Assembly (NCBI GenBank): GCA_037481835.1
Contig: JBBFKW010000011.1
Location: forward strand, 1-64,000
DNA length: 64,000 bases
Direction: 5' to 3'
Origin: Desulfosoma sp.
Lineage (GTDB): Bacteria > Desulfobacterota > Syntrophobacteria > Syntrophobacterales > DSM-9756
In this document: positions 50,005 through 60,861 of the stretch, piece by piece
Position numbering within the stretch: the first letter of the stretch is position 1
Layout of the letters: every line of letters starts with the position of its first letter
The notes under the pieces: generated by a model
Seen by the model: the letters and a program-made list of their open reading frames with translations, nothing else
Databases searched by the model: none
Told to the model about the DNA's origin: nothing
Made by a program: the position numbers and the translations under genes

Positions 50005-53000
50005 TTAGGCGGCCAAGGCCTCCGATGCCTTCGGCCCTTCCTTTCCCATGCCGTTGTCTCTTCGGCGGCTGGCCGGTTCCACATCTTCTCGGCGGCGCGG
50101 CCAGCGGCCGGTTCGGATCCGATACAACCAGAGTCGAATGTCGTTCAAAATGGCGAACAGGGATGGGATGAGCACCAGGGTGAGGGCCGTGGCGAAAGCC
50201 ACACCCGCGGCGAGGGTCACCGCCATGGGGATGAGAAACCGCGCCTGAAAATCCGTTTCCAGGATCATGGGCATGAGGCCGCCCACGGTGGTCACCGTGG
50301 TGAGGATGACCGCTCGAAAACGGCGCCGGCCGCCTTCCACGACGGCTTCAAAGAAGCGCATGCCCTCCGCCAGGTTTTCGTTCACCCGTTCAATGAGCAC
50401 GATGGCGTCGTTTACGACGACGCCGGTCAGAGCCACCATGCCGAAAAGGCTCATGATGGAGATGTCAAAGCCCATGATGAGATGCCCGACGACCGCGCCG
50501 ATGAGGCCGAAGGGGATGGTCACCATGATGATCAGCGGCTGGATGTAGGATCGAAAAATGGTGGCGATGATAATGAAGATGCCGAGAAGAGCCAGTGGGA
50601 AGCCCACTTTGAGGCTAGCCAAGGATTCGCGCATCTTTTTCTTTTCCCCTTGAAGGGCGACTCTTAATCCCGGGTATCGCTTTTGCAACTCGGGGAAGAA
50701 GCCGGAGGACAGATCCTGGAAAATTTCGTTGGCGTTGGCCCGGTCGCTGTCCACAGCGGCGCTCACGGCCACGCGTCGCATGCCGTCCGTTCTCGTGATC
50801 ACGGAGTAGCCCGGTGCGTATTCGAAGGACGCGACGGAACGCAACGGCACCTGAGCCCCTTGGGGGGTGCGGATCCGAACCTCATCGAGGCGGGAAAGGT
50901 CGCGCCGTTGCGCTTCCGTGTAACGGACCTTGATCCGGATGTCGTCCCGGCCGCGTTGGATGCGCAAGGCTTCTTCGCCGTAGTAGCCCGCATAGATCTG
51001 GCGGGCCAGATCGTCCACGGTGAGCCCCAGGGTGCGGGCTTCGGGTTTGAGCCGCAGGCGCAGCTCTCTTTTCCCTGCCGCATAATCGGATCGGATTTGA
51101 TAGACCCCGTCGAAACGGCGCAGCCGGTCCATGAGTTCTTCCGAGGCGGCCACGACGTGAGCCATGTTCTCTCCTTGGATCCACACTTCGATGGGCGCTC
51201 CCGGCGGTCCCGCCTCCATGCCTTCGAAGGTCAAGGCCTTGATCCCGGGAATGAGTCCCGTTTCCTTTTCCCACGCCACCATGATGTCCTTGGAATGGAT
51301 GCCGCGCTGCTCGGAATCCAGCAAAATGGCTTGGATCGCTCCATAATGAGGGCCCCGCATGGGAATCTGCCCGAGGGTCTGGCCGACCAGCACCAATCGA
51401 TCCACCAGCATGGGGGCGCCCGTTCGGGTCTTGAGACGCTCGTTGAGCCGCAGCAGGGCGCTTTCGACACGAGAGACGGCCTCCTGGGTCACATCCACCG
51501 GGGTGCCTTCGGGAAATTCGATGGTGGCGTTCAGGACGAACCCATCGATTTCCGTGAATAAGACGAACTTGACAATGCCTCCCTGAACGAGCCCGAGACT
51601 CATCAAGAGCACGGCGACGGCTGAACTGAGTCCGATGTATCGCCAGCGCAGGAAGAAGCGCAACGAGGGGAGGTAGACTCTTTCGATGAACCATTCCGTG
51701 CCGACGTGCACCCTGTGCTGCACGCCGTCGAGAAACCTCTTGACGGCCCGGGTCTTCTGCGGGCGCTGGTTGGGATCGGGAAGGTGGTTGAGGTGCGCGG
51801 GAAGGAGCGTCAGGCATTCCAGCAGGGAGATACTCAAAGCCGCCACGACCACCTGCGGGAGAATGGCGATGAATTTTCCCATGATGCCCCCGACGAAGGC
51901 CAGGGGGATAAAGGCCACGATGGTTGTGGTCACGGCGGCGATCACGGGCAAGCCCACTTCCGCGGTGCCTTCAATGGCCGCCGCCAGAGGGCGTTCCCCT
52001 TTTTGACGGTGCACGAAGATGGCCTCGCCTACCACGATGGCGTCGTCGACGATAATCCCCAAGACCATGATGAGGGCAAAAAGAGAGATCATGTTGATGG
52101 TGCCCCCCAGGCCCCACACGATGGCCAAAGCCCCGGCGACGGAGACGGGAATGCCCATGCCGGCCCAGAAGGCGAGGCGGGCATCCAGAAAGAGCCACAG
52201 AAGGATGAGGACCAGAATGAGACCGTAGAGGCCGTTACGGAGCAGGAGGTGGATGCGGGCCCGCAGCATGTCCGTGGTATCGTAGAGGATCTTGATGTGC
52301 AGGGAATCCGGAAGTTCCTTGGCCTTTCGGTCCACGTACCGGGAGACGGCGCTGGAAATGGCCAAGGCGTCTTCCTGGCTCGTCTTGAACACGATGAGCA
52401 TCACGGCGGGCTGCCCGTTGACGGAGGGACGGATGGGGTCCTCGGTGAAACCATCCACGACGCGGGCCACTCGACCCAAAGGAATCATGGCCCCTTGCGG
52501 GGTCGCCAGGAGAATGAGGGAAGCCAGCTCTTCTCCCCGGTATCGGCGACCCATGGTGCGCACGCGGATTTCTTCCCCTTCCGTGCGGATGGTTCCCCCG
52601 GCCAGATTCAGGTTGCTGCGTCGCACGGCGTCCGCCACCTGGGCGAAAGTGAGTCCATAGCGGCGAAGGGTTTCTTCGGACACTTCGATATGGATTTCGT
52701 AGTCCCGGGTGCCGAAGGTTTCCACTTGGGAAATTTCAGGCAGAGCCTGCAGGTCGTCCTTGACGCGCTCGGCCCATTCCTTGAGCCGCTCTTCGCTCAT
52801 GTTTCCGGAAAGGTACACCAGGGCGATGGGACTTCGCAGCGTAACATCCGTGATCACGGGCTGTTCGGCGTCCACAGGAAAGGTGGAAATGGCGTCGACC
52901 TTCGCCCGCACCCGGTCCAGCACCACCCGCAGATCCGCGTTTTCCATCACCTCGATGGTGGCGGTTCCCACATTTTCCTGGGCCTGGGTGGTGATCTGCT

Positions 53001-53235
53001 TGATCCCTTCAACCCCTTCCAGGGCTTCTTCGATCTTGCGGCAGATCCCCTCTTCCACCTCTTCCGGGTCGGCTCCGGGGTAAGGCACGCTGATGGTGAT
53101 CATGTCCAAGGAAAATTCCGGGAAATTTTCTTTGATCATAAAGAAAGCCGCCATGATCCCGGCCGTGAAGATGAGCAGCAGGACGATGTTGGCAAAGACG
53201 TTATTTCTGGCGAAGGCCGCCAAGAGGGATTTCAT
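50005..53235 (-). CDS. RND efflux permease (AcrB family)
   Basis: LGIIVDDAIVVGE, GVVVNDAIVL and RFRAVILT; 1076 aa. Confidence 0.96.
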   Translation of the reverse strand: MKSLLAAFARNNVFANIVLLLIFTAGIMAAFFMIKENFPEFSLDMITISVPYPGADPEEVEEGICRKIEEALEGVEGIKQITTQAQENVGTATIEVMENADLRVVLDRVRAKVDAISTFPVDAEQPVITDVTLRSPIALVYLSGNMSEERLKEWAERVKDDLQALPEISQVETFGTRDYEIHIEVSEETLRRYGLTFAQVADAVRRSNLNLAGGTIRTEGEEIRVRTMGRRYRGEELASLILLATPQGAMIPLGRVARVVDGFTEDPIRPSVNGQPAVMLIVFKTSQEDALAISSAVSRYVDRKAKELPDSLHIKILYDTTDMLRARIHLLLRNGLYGLILVLILLWLFLDARLAFWAGMGIPVSVAGALAIVWGLGGTINMISLFALIMVLGIIVDDAIVVGEAIFVHRQKGERPLAAAIEGTAEVGLPVIAAVTTTIVAFIPLAFVGGIMGKFIAILPQVVVAALSISLLECLTLLPAHLNHLPDPNQRPQKTRAVKRFLDGVQHRVHVGTEWFIERVYLPSLRFFLRWRYIGLSSAVAVLLMSLGLVQGGIVKFVLFTEIDGFVLNATIEFPEGTPVDVTQEAVSRVESALLRLNERLKTRTGAPMLVDRLVLVGQTLGQIPMRGPHYGAIQAILLDSEQRGIHSKDIMVAWEKETGLIPGIKALTFEGMEAGPPGAPIEVWIQGENMAHVVAASEELMDRLRRFDGVYQIRSDYAAGKRELRLRLKPEARTLGLTVDDLARQIYAGYYGEEALRIQRGRDDIRIKVRYTEAQRRDLSRLDEVRIRTPQGAQVPLRSVASFEYAPGYSVITRTDGMRRVAVSAAVDSDRANANEIFQDLSSGFFPELQKRYPGLRVALQGEKKKMRESLASLKVGFPLALLGIFIIIATIFRSYIQPLIIMVTIPFGLIGAVVGHLIMGFDISIMSLFGMVALTGVVVNDAIVLIERVNENLAEGMRFFEAVVEGGRRRFRAVILTTVTTVGGLMPMILETDFQARFLIPMAVTLAAGVAFATALTLVLIPSLFAILNDIRLWLYRIRTGRWPRRREDVEPASRRRDNGMGKEGPKASEALAA

Positions 53236-54590
53236 GGCCTGGAATCCTTAGGCTTCTGCCCTTGAGTCTCCACAACGTCGAGCAGCATGTTTTCCAGGGG
53301 GTTGACGAGTCGCGTGACGATGACCATGTCTCCGGGGCGGAGGCCTTCGGAAATGAACGCTTCTTCCCCCTGAAGGCGGGCCACCTCAACCGGAACCGTT
53401 TTCAGGCGCCTTTCCACAGACAGATACACCTTGTTGTCGTAGGTAACCGCCCATTGGGGCACACGCACCACCTGTTCCAGGGTCCGCCCGACAATGTCAA
53501 CGGCGCAAAACATGCCCTCGACCAAGGGCAGTCCCGACCGGCCGGTCCGGGAAGCCCGATCGGCCGGAACCCGCACGGCGACCGTAAGGGTTCGGCTGGT
53601 GCGGTCAAAGGCCACCACGCGATGGAGAAAGCCCTCCCAGGCGTGGCCCTCCGGATCTTGGCTCCATCGGACGGTGCAGGGGACTTGTCGAAGACTGTGA
53701 AACCACGCGAGCTCGGACGGGCCTGAGGACGGCTCGAAGAGGAGCCATCGGCGGGCGTCGTCGCTGTCCAGGGGGACGTGGATTTCCAAAATCGAGTCAT
53801 CGGCCAAGGTCACGTCGGGGGTTCCGGGGTTGAGGAACTGGCCGTGTTCCACGTTTTTCGCCGTAATCCGGCCTGTAAAGGGGGCCTTGACGGTGCATCG
53901 AGCCAACTGGATGAGAGCCCGTTCCCGTTGGGCTCGCGCCGCATCCAGAGCCGCTCGCGCTTCGCGAAGCCGCACCGGGTAGACGGCTACGCTTTGTTCC
54001 AAGAGCTTGAGCTGATCGAGAGCCTGATTATAGGCCTTTTCGGCAGCTTCCACCCCCGATCGCGTCCCCACCTTGCTTTCGTCGTAAAGACGCTGCAGCC
54101 TCTGAAACTCGGCCAAAGCAAGGTCTCGGGTTCGCTGGAGAACGCTCAACCGACGTTTTTCCAGGTCCCATTCCTTTTCCAGACGGGCCGCCGTATTTTC
54201 CAGTTGGGCCACCTGGGCGTCCGCCTCGGCCAAGGCCGTCTGGTAATCCCGGGGGTCGATTTGGAAAAGGACATCCCCTTCAGGAATGATTTCGCCCAGG
54301 TTCAGCCGAGGGTGCACAGCGATGACCGTTCCGGACACCTCTGCGGAAAGAACGACGCTTCGAATGGAGCGCGCTTCGCCGAATCCGGTGAGGACCACGG
54401 GCACGTTTTCCGGCTGGGCCCGCAGAATTTCCACCTTGTAAGCCTGTTCTTGGGAGACGGCCTGGGCCGGGGCTTTCTTGAGGGAAGCCAGGGCCGCCAT
54501 GGCGATGAGCCCTCCGAGGAGAATCGCGCTGCACACCGCGATCCGGAACCACACCTTCCGATCGCCGGAGTCGACGTTTTGCTGATCCAT
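53232..54590 (-). CDS. RND periplasmic adaptor subunit
   Basis: N-terminal TM, AEVSGTV, coiled coil and VKAPFTG. Confidence 0.93.
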   Translation of the reverse strand: MDQQNVDSGDRKVWFRIAVCSAILLGGLIAMAALASLKKAPAQAVSQEQAYKVEILRAQPENVPVVLTGFGEARSIRSVVLSAEVSGTVIAVHPRLNLGEIIPEGDVLFQIDPRDYQTALAEADAQVAQLENTAARLEKEWDLEKRRLSVLQRTRDLALAEFQRLQRLYDESKVGTRSGVEAAEKAYNQALDQLKLLEQSVAVYPVRLREARAALDAARAQRERALIQLARCTVKAPFTGRITAKNVEHGQFLNPGTPDVTLADDSILEIHVPLDSDDARRWLLFEPSSGPSELAWFHSLRQVPCTVRWSQDPEGHAWEGFLHRVVAFDRTSRTLTVAVRVPADRASRTGRSGLPLVEGMFCAVDIVGRTLEQVVRVPQWAVTYDNKVYLSVERRLKTVPVEVARLQGEEAFISEGLRPGDMVIVTRLVNPLENMLLDVVETQGQKPKDSRP

Positions 54591-54654
54591 AATGAGAAAT
54601 CACACCTCGGAGTTCGGTCTCCCCGGGGGCCTCGCCGGCCGCGGCTCGGGGGAT

Positions 54655-55026
54655 TCAACGCCAAAAGAGGCGGTATCGGCTGTGAATTTCCGCCTCCAGG
54701 TCCTCGTGGAGCAGCTCCAAGGGCCTGGCGCCGCGGGGGCACAGCACTGTGGGCGATGTGCCGAAAAGTCGGCACGTGAAAGGGCGAACCGGATAAATCG
54801 TGCATCCCTTTTCAGAAAGGTAAGGACAGCACGTCCCATGAGCGGGCAGGATCGAGCGACCTTGCGCGTGGAGGTAGGCGCGAATGCGGGCGTCCTCTTC
54901 GGGGGTTCTCGAAGGCACACCGAAAAGCCGACAGCAGTCCGTGCATCCGGGGAGGCACTCCATGGGAGGGATCATGGCATAGAGATCATCCAGGGAAAAC
55001 ACCCCGCCGTCGTCGGCATCGCGCAT
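54655..55026 (-). CDS. YkgJ-family cysteine-cluster protein
   Basis: CLPGCTDCC and CPYL..GCTIYPVRPFTCRLFG; GGAGGA RBS. Confidence 0.88.
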   Translation of the reverse strand: MRDADDGGVFSLDDLYAMIPPMECLPGCTDCCRLFGVPSRTPEEDARIRAYLHAQGRSILPAHGTCCPYLSEKGCTIYPVRPFTCRLFGTSPTVLCPRGARPLELLHEDLEAEIHSRYRLFWR

Positions 55027-55199
55027 GGTGCGACTCCTCCTTCCCATGATTATGAAACCCTGGACCAAAACTTGCGCAAGAGCGCAGAACCGTCGTATGC
55101 TCGGCTAAGCGGTCAGGGTTTGTGCAACGGGTCAAACTATAGAACCGAAAAGGGCCTTGTGCAACAAGGTCCCCAAAAGGACTTCCGGGAGGTGCCCTC

Positions 55200-55610
55200 A
55201 TGGCGGATTGTATCTTTTGCCGGATTGCCGCCGGCGAGATTCCCTGCGCCAAGGTTTATGAGGACGAGCACGTTTTGGCCTTCTTGGACATCAATCCTCT
55301 CATGCCCGGTCATACCCTGCTCATCCCCAAGAAGCACTCGGAAACGCTTTTCGACATGAGCCCCGAAGAAGCGGCCGCGTGCGGTGCGGCCTTGCAAAAG
55401 GTGGCCTCGGCGGTTTTCAGGGGCCTTGATGCCGAAGGGCTGAACGTCCTTCAAAACAATTACGAGATTTCGGGGCAGGAAATTTTTCACGTCCATTTTC
55501 ACCTCATGCCCCGAAGAACCGGGGACGGCTTCAAGGTGCCGTGGCCGGCCAAGAAATACGGACCCGGCGAAATGGAATCCGTCCTCCAAAAAATCCTCAA
55601 GGCTTTGTGA
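55200..55610 (+). CDS. HIT-family hydrolase
   Basis: DCIFCRI, PGHTLLIPKKH and HVHFHLMPR. Confidence 0.95.
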   Translation: MADCIFCRIAAGEIPCAKVYEDEHVLAFLDINPLMPGHTLLIPKKHSETLFDMSPEEAAACGAALQKVASAVFRGLDAEGLNVLQNNYEISGQEIFHVHFHLMPRRTGDGFKVPWPAKKYGPGEMESVLQKILKAL

Positions 55611-55827
55611 CGGATTGAGGCTGGTCTGCCCCTTGCCCGAAAGCTCCCGGCCCTCACCGCCCAGCGCCAGTGAAATGGCCGATGGGCGAGAGTCAGGGGG
55701 CTGTCTCGCACACAACCGCCGCCCCCATCCAGGCGCCAGGGACGTGGGATGCAGGTTTATCTGAAAGTGGCGCTCAGAGTGTGGCAAGTCCGGACTTTCA
55801 TGGTTCGTTGTCTTGCCGAGGCCAGAG

Positions 55828-55858
55828 GTAGGTTGGGGTGAGCGCAGCGAACCCCAAC
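55828..55858 (+). repeat. REP-like element
   Basis: GTAG-GTTGGGGTGAGCGCAGCGAACCCCAAC: a GTAG tetranucleotide followed by a palindrome, between convergent genes. Confidence 0.7.
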
Positions 55859-55874
55859 GCAACCGCCGCCCCTT

Positions 55875-56762
55875 TCACTGCGGGGACCGTGCTTTCGGCT
55901 CCGGGCAACAGGGCCTCTTTCCATCGATGGCCTTGTGTTCCTTGATGACCAGGTGAAGAGCCCACAATGCTTCTTCGGTTTTGCCCCGCTTGAGGCACCC
56001 CGAGGCATAGATGCGGGCCTTTTGGTGCAGCATGCGCGCCGCTTGATCCCTTTGAACGGGGCTGAGGGGTTCCGTTTCCAGCAGTTTGGCCAAGGCGCGA
56101 AGGCGGAAACGATCCAAGGCGGGGACGGTCGCCGAGAGCTGGTCCCCATGCCCGCCCCGCTTGATGACCAGGGGTTTGGGGACGAGCCCGATGGGGTGGC
56201 GGCACCCGATGCGCAGCCACATGTCGTAGTCTTCGCACGCGGGAAGCGATTCGTCGAAAAGCCCTACTTCTTCGAAAAGGCTGCGGTGCATCATGACGGC
56301 CGAGGGGCTCACAAGGCAGCGTTCCAGCAGGCGCTCGAAACATGAGCCGGACGGCTTGGCATGATAGCGCTTTGGGTTACGGCGCCGCCCCTTGTGGATC
56401 CAGATTTCGTCCGTTTGGCAGATGCGCATGTCGGGCCGGTTTCGAAAGTAATCCAACTGGGCGCGGAGTTTTCCCGGAAGCCAGAGATCGTCTGAATCGA
56501 GGAAGGCGATCCATTCCCCCCGGGCGGCCATGATGCCAGCATTTCGGGCGGCGCTCACCCCGCCCGGGCTTTCCCTGCGAAGGATCCGCACGGCATCGCC
56601 GTAGGAGGTGAGAAGGCGAATCGAGTGATCTTCGGAGCCGTCATCCACAACAATGAGTTCGAACGGAGCCCCTTTTTGCGCCAAGACGGAATCCACGGCT
56701 TCCCGCACCATATCCGCCCGGTTTCGGGTGGGGATGATGACGCTGACGAGGTCCGCCGTCAT
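55875..56762 (-). CDS. GT2-family glycosyltransferase
   Basis: VSVIIPTRNR, VVDDGS, AFLDSDD and CEDYDMW. Confidence 0.93.
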   Translation of the reverse strand: MTADLVSVIIPTRNRADMVREAVDSVLAQKGAPFELIVVDDGSEDHSIRLLTSYGDAVRILRRESPGGVSAARNAGIMAARGEWIAFLDSDDLWLPGKLRAQLDYFRNRPDMRICQTDEIWIHKGRRRNPKRYHAKPSGSCFERLLERCLVSPSAVMMHRSLFEEVGLFDESLPACEDYDMWLRIGCRHPIGLVPKPLVIKRGGHGDQLSATVPALDRFRLRALAKLLETEPLSPVQRDQAARMLHQKARIYASGCLKRGKTEEALWALHLVIKEHKAIDGKRPCCPEPKARSPQ

Positions 56763-56779
56763 TTTCCTCAAGGCCTTTT

Positions 56780-58525
56780 TTAAAGATTCCCCAGCCACAC
56801 CCAGAAGCAGCCGAGAACCCCAAGCCCCACGAGGACCGATTCGATCAGGGTCTCGAGGAAGGCGGCGTCTTTGATCCGTCGGCCCCGGGAAAAGCGGAAA
56901 AAGACCCCGTAGGCTGCGGCGGCCGCGGCGAACAAAACCCCGAAAGGCGTCGTCGTTCCCCATAAAGGGCCGAGGAGGGCTCCAATGCCGATGAGCGTCA
57001 AGACCGCAATGATGAGCCGTGCGGCTTTGTCTTCTCCCAACAAGACGACGACCGTTTCACGGCCCACCAGACGGTCCCCCTGGATGTCCAGGCTGTCCAG
57101 GAGGGCGGTGCGCACGAGCACGAGGAGGAAGACCAGGGCGAAAGCGTAAAGAAGTCTCCCGAAGCCTTCTCCCAGATGCTCCAGATGCGGGAGCCACACC
57201 GTGACGCACGCCCAGGCCAGGGGCACGGTGAATGTCTTGGACCCGGGAATGTCTTTGATCTTCAGGATATTCAATCGATCGACCCACCGGGATCGGAAGA
57301 TGGGCACCGCATACAAGGATCCAAAGGCGAGGATGAGCACCATTACAAGCCCCGACGCGAAGCCCTGCATGGCGGCGCTCACCAACGCCAGAAGTGCGGC
57401 CGCCATCCCCGCGGTTGTGAAGGTGGCCCGCCTTTTTTCGTAATAGTCCGCCCGCTGCGGGTCGTTGAGCTGCAGGGCTTCCCGGTCCAGGTAGCGGTTG
57501 AGCGTGTGCATGGCGAACGCATAGGATGCCGCCATCAGGACGTGGTTCACGCCGATGGGGAGGTTCGTCAAGGCGGAGACGGCGGCGGTGAGAAGCCCTG
57601 CGGCAAGGGCGCACGCCGCGTTGTTGTAGGCGAGCTTCTCCAGGCGGCGCCGCCACACGGCTTCCCCAGCCATGTTACGATCCGGCTGAATGTTTTCCAG
57701 GAACCGCACCACGTTTCGGATCATCCAGTTGGGTGTGGATGCTCCCGCAGACACCCCCACCGTGTGAAACCGGGACATTTCCTGGGGATTCAAGTCCTTT
57801 TCCGTTTCCACGTGATAGGTGGGAACGCCGCACTCCCGGGCCGTTTCGGCCAACCGGATGGTGTTTCCGCTGTGAGTGCCGCCCACGATGACCATGGCGT
57901 CCACATGCCCGCACAGACGCCGCACCTCGCTCTGGCGCTCGTGAGTGGCCCCGCAGATGGTGTTTTCCACAAGACCGTGCGGGAACTTTTCCCGGAATCG
58001 CGCTTCGACCTGGCGGAACACCTCCTCGTTTTGTGTGGTCTGAGCCACCAAGAGGACCGAGGCCCATTCGGACGGCAGGCGATCCACATCGCTTGGCGAT
58101 TGGACGACAACGCCGCGTCCTTCCGTATAACCCATAAGGCCGATGACTTCCGCGTGATCCGCATCGCCCACGATGACGGTGTGGTATCCCTTGCGGGCAT
58201 GTTTGCGGATGATGGCCTGGACGCGTGCCACCCGTTTGCATGTGGCGTCGATGAGACCTCGTGAAATGTCCTTGAGGCGCCGGCGCTGGTCCGGTGGAAT
58301 GCCGTGCGCCCGGATGATGACCCACCGGTTCCGGCAGTCCTCTTCCGTTGCGGCTTCTTCCACACCTCGTTCTTTGAGCATGGCCAGGACCTGGCGGTTA
58401 TGAATGAGCGGCCCGAAGGTGCACAACGGCTCCTTCTGCCGGGATCGGGCCGCTTCCAGGGTCATTTCCAAGGCCGTGCGGACTCCTTGGCAGAACCCCG
58501 CCGTTTCGGCCACGATCACTTTCAT
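56780..58525 (-). CDS. ispH: IspH (HMBPP reductase) fused to a UbiA-like prenyltransferase domain
   Basis: AGFCQGV, IRAHG, DATC, NTICGAT and SAGASTP; C-terminal TM domain with NRYLD..N and DSLDIQGD. Confidence 0.93.
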   Translation of the reverse strand: MKVIVAETAGFCQGVRTALEMTLEAARSRQKEPLCTFGPLIHNRQVLAMLKERGVEEAATEEDCRNRWVIIRAHGIPPDQRRRLKDISRGLIDATCKRVARVQAIIRKHARKGYHTVIVGDADHAEVIGLMGYTEGRGVVVQSPSDVDRLPSEWASVLLVAQTTQNEEVFRQVEARFREKFPHGLVENTICGATHERQSEVRRLCGHVDAMVIVGGTHSGNTIRLAETARECGVPTYHVETEKDLNPQEMSRFHTVGVSAGASTPNWMIRNVVRFLENIQPDRNMAGEAVWRRRLEKLAYNNAACALAAGLLTAAVSALTNLPIGVNHVLMAASYAFAMHTLNRYLDREALQLNDPQRADYYEKRRATFTTAGMAAALLALVSAAMQGFASGLVMVLILAFGSLYAVPIFRSRWVDRLNILKIKDIPGSKTFTVPLAWACVTVWLPHLEHLGEGFGRLLYAFALVFLLVLVRTALLDSLDIQGDRLVGRETVVVLLGEDKAARLIIAVLTLIGIGALLGPLWGTTTPFGVLFAAAAAAYGVFFRFSRGRRIKDAAFLETLIESVLVGLGVLGCFWVWLGNL

Positions 58526-59733
58526 GGGACCTCCTCCGCCTTTGCGGACGTGCCGTTTCGGGGCACCTTGCAGGCGAGCAGGTCGGCGCCCGAAGCCGCA
58601 ACTTCCAAGATGTAGTCCTCGAACAAAGCCCACAGGGTGGAAAAATCAGGGGCGCTCATGATCCGGGCTCGCACACCGGAAGAGTTGGGGCATCCCTTTG
58701 TGTACCACACCACATGCTTTCGGAGGGCTCCCAAGGCCTTGGGTTTTTCGTGCATGAAAAGCTCGGCGTGATCACGGACGGTCCGGTGGAATTCTTCCCA
58801 GGAAAAGGGTTTGGGCCGCTTTGGGTTTTCTTCAGGCGCAGCGGCGCTGTGCGCTGAGCACTGGGGCGTCCTGTGTTCCCCGCCCGTAAAGGCGGTTTGG
58901 GCAGCAGTTTCCAGTGAGGAGGCGGACGGGCCTCGGGGCCGGCACTGGTCGGCGATGGCTCGAAAGAGCCACGGGTTTCCCAGAGCGCCGCGACCGATCA
59001 TGACGGCGTTACAACGGGTTTCCCGCATCATGCGATGGAAGTCGGAGGGGCACGTCACGTCGCCGTTGCCGATCACGGGGATGGATAGGTCGTCCTTGAG
59101 CCTTCGAATCCAGGACCAGTCCGCCTTTCCCGTATAAAATTGGCGGGCCGTACGGGCATGAACGGTGACGGCGTCTGCTCCGGCGTCCTGAATCATGCGG
59201 CACACCTGCACCACGTGGATGGAGTTCTGATCCCAGCCCAAACGTGTCTTGACGGTCACGGGAATGGTGACGGCCCGTTTGACCGTGTCCACGATGCGGG
59301 CAAGGCGATCGGGTTCGCGGATCAAGGCGGCGCCGGCGCCTTGACGGACGATCTTTCGGATGGGACATCCCGCATTGATATCGATGACAGCGGCGCCGCT
59401 GTCCTGGGCGGCGCGGGCGGCTTCGGCCATGACGTCCGGGGCGGCGCCGAAAATCTGAATCGCCACGGGAATGGGGACTCTTGAGGGGACGCGGAGCATT
59501 CTGCGGCACGATGGGTCGTTTCGCCGAAGCCCTTCGGCGCTCATCATTTCCGTCGTGACCATGCCCACGCCGAACCGGGAAACCACCTCGAGAAAGGGCC
59601 CGTCCGTCACTCCGGCCATGGGAGCCATGATGACCGGAGGGGCCACCTCCACGGTGCCGATACGGCATAGGCCGCCGACATAAGGGTCACGGTCCGGCTG
59701 TTTGAAAAAGCACTCTTCTTCAAAAAATTCCAT
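58522..59733 (-). CDS. dusB: tRNA-dihydrouridine synthase DusB
   Basis: APMAGVTD, DINAGCP, VHART, IGNGDV and MIGRGALGNPW. Confidence 0.93.
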   Translation of the reverse strand: MEFFEEECFFKQPDRDPYVGGLCRIGTVEVAPPVIMAPMAGVTDGPFLEVVSRFGVGMVTTEMMSAEGLRRNDPSCRRMLRVPSRVPIPVAIQIFGAAPDVMAEAARAAQDSGAAVIDINAGCPIRKIVRQGAGAALIREPDRLARIVDTVKRAVTIPVTVKTRLGWDQNSIHVVQVCRMIQDAGADAVTVHARTARQFYTGKADWSWIRRLKDDLSIPVIGNGDVTCPSDFHRMMRETRCNAVMIGRGALGNPWLFRAIADQCRPRGPSASSLETAAQTAFTGGEHRTPQCSAHSAAAPEENPKRPKPFSWEEFHRTVRDHAELFMHEKPKALGALRKHVVWYTKGCPNSSGVRARIMSAPDFSTLWALFEDYILEVAASGADLLACKVPRNGTSAKAEEVP

Positions 59734-59847
59734 AATCCGACTCGAAACACATGGTCAGGCATTATCCCGACCCCGGGATTTTCGACCGAACCTACATAAG
59801 GGGATCCTGTGTTCCTGTCAATCGCACAGGTCCGAGCACTCTTCGCG

Positions 59848-59877
59848 TTGACAGGCCTTTTCGACCCTTGTTAGCTT
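59848..59877 (+). promoter_or_regulatory. Candidate sigma-70 promoter for mqnB
   Basis: TTGACA, 18-nt spacer, TAGCTT, about 36 bp upstream of ATG 59914. Confidence 0.45.
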
Positions 59878-59913
59878 ACCCGTCGGATTTTCCCACGTGA
59901 ACAAAGGAACTTC

Positions 59914-60765
59914 ATGATCGGCTCATCCCCAAGGCTGGATCTTTTGATAGTCGGGGCCGTCCCGACCGAAGTGGACCCTTTGAAGGGCTTGCTTTCAGGC
60001 GTGGAGCGCATCGAAACGGAATGGACGGCGTGTTGGTTGGGCGGCTTCGGGCGCCTTAAGGTGGGCCTTGGTTCCCTGGGCATCGGCAAGGTCAATGCCG
60101 CGGCCGGATCGGCTTCCCTCATCGTGCGTTTTCGCCCGAACATGGTATGGATTGTGGGAAGCGCCGGCGCCTATGCGCGGGGGCCCCTCGAGGTCGGCGA
60201 CGTTTTGGTTTCTTCTCTTGTTTCCTTGGGCGATGAGGGGGTGTGGGACCATGGAGGCATCCGGTCCATGGAGGCCGTGGGGATTCCCGTGGCCGAGGAA
60301 CGGGGACGGCCGGTTTTCCAGCGCTTTTCTCTTGAGGGGGATGCACTCTTCGAGCGTCTAGCCCGTGTGACGCCCCCGGGGTTTTACTGTGCGGACGTTC
60401 ATTCTACCGGGATGCCGAGGGTGCTCCCGTGCCCCGGGACCACCGGGACTGCATCGATCTGCGTGAAGCGCCATGCGAAGCCTTTCCACGTGCTCATCGG
60501 GCCGTCGGTGACGGTGAGCATGTCGAGCGGTGACGAATGGGTCGCCAAGGAACGTTTTTCCCGCTATGATGCGTGGGCTGAGGACATGGAAGGGAGTGCG
60601 GTCATCCAGGTGTGCCGCCGGTATGGGGTTTCGGTGGCCCAATGCCGAGGGATCAGCAACCGGGCGGGGGTCCGCGACAAAAGATTGTGGCGCATGCAGG
60701 AGGCCCTGACCCACTGCCATGCTGTGGTGGGACGCTGGCTTCGTGCCTTCCATGAAGAACCCTAA
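59914..60765 (+). CDS. mqnB: Futalosine hydrolase
   Basis: GIGKVNAAA, GSAGAY, EDMEGSAV and RGISNRAGVRD; next to mqnD. Confidence 0.88.
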   Translation: MIGSSPRLDLLIVGAVPTEVDPLKGLLSGVERIETEWTACWLGGFGRLKVGLGSLGIGKVNAAAGSASLIVRFRPNMVWIVGSAGAYARGPLEVGDVLVSSLVSLGDEGVWDHGGIRSMEAVGIPVAEERGRPVFQRFSLEGDALFERLARVTPPGFYCADVHSTGMPRVLPCPGTTGTASICVKRHAKPFHVLIGPSVTVSMSSGDEWVAKERFSRYDAWAEDMEGSAVIQVCRRYGVSVAQCRGISNRAGVRDKRLWRMQEALTHCHAVVGRWLRAFHEEP

Positions 60766-60861
60766 GCCCACCGGATCGGTGAAGGTTGGGCTGGGAGCCG
60801 CGATCCCCGGAAGCTTCCAGCCCGTCGCGCGGCTGAGTTCGCAGCCTTTGGCCAGTCGCCC

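Noticed and set aside
58800..58945. ~45-aa low-complexity insertion in DusB as an intein or mobile insert
   Set aside because: No intein terminal residues, TIRs or duplications; probably a variable linker.
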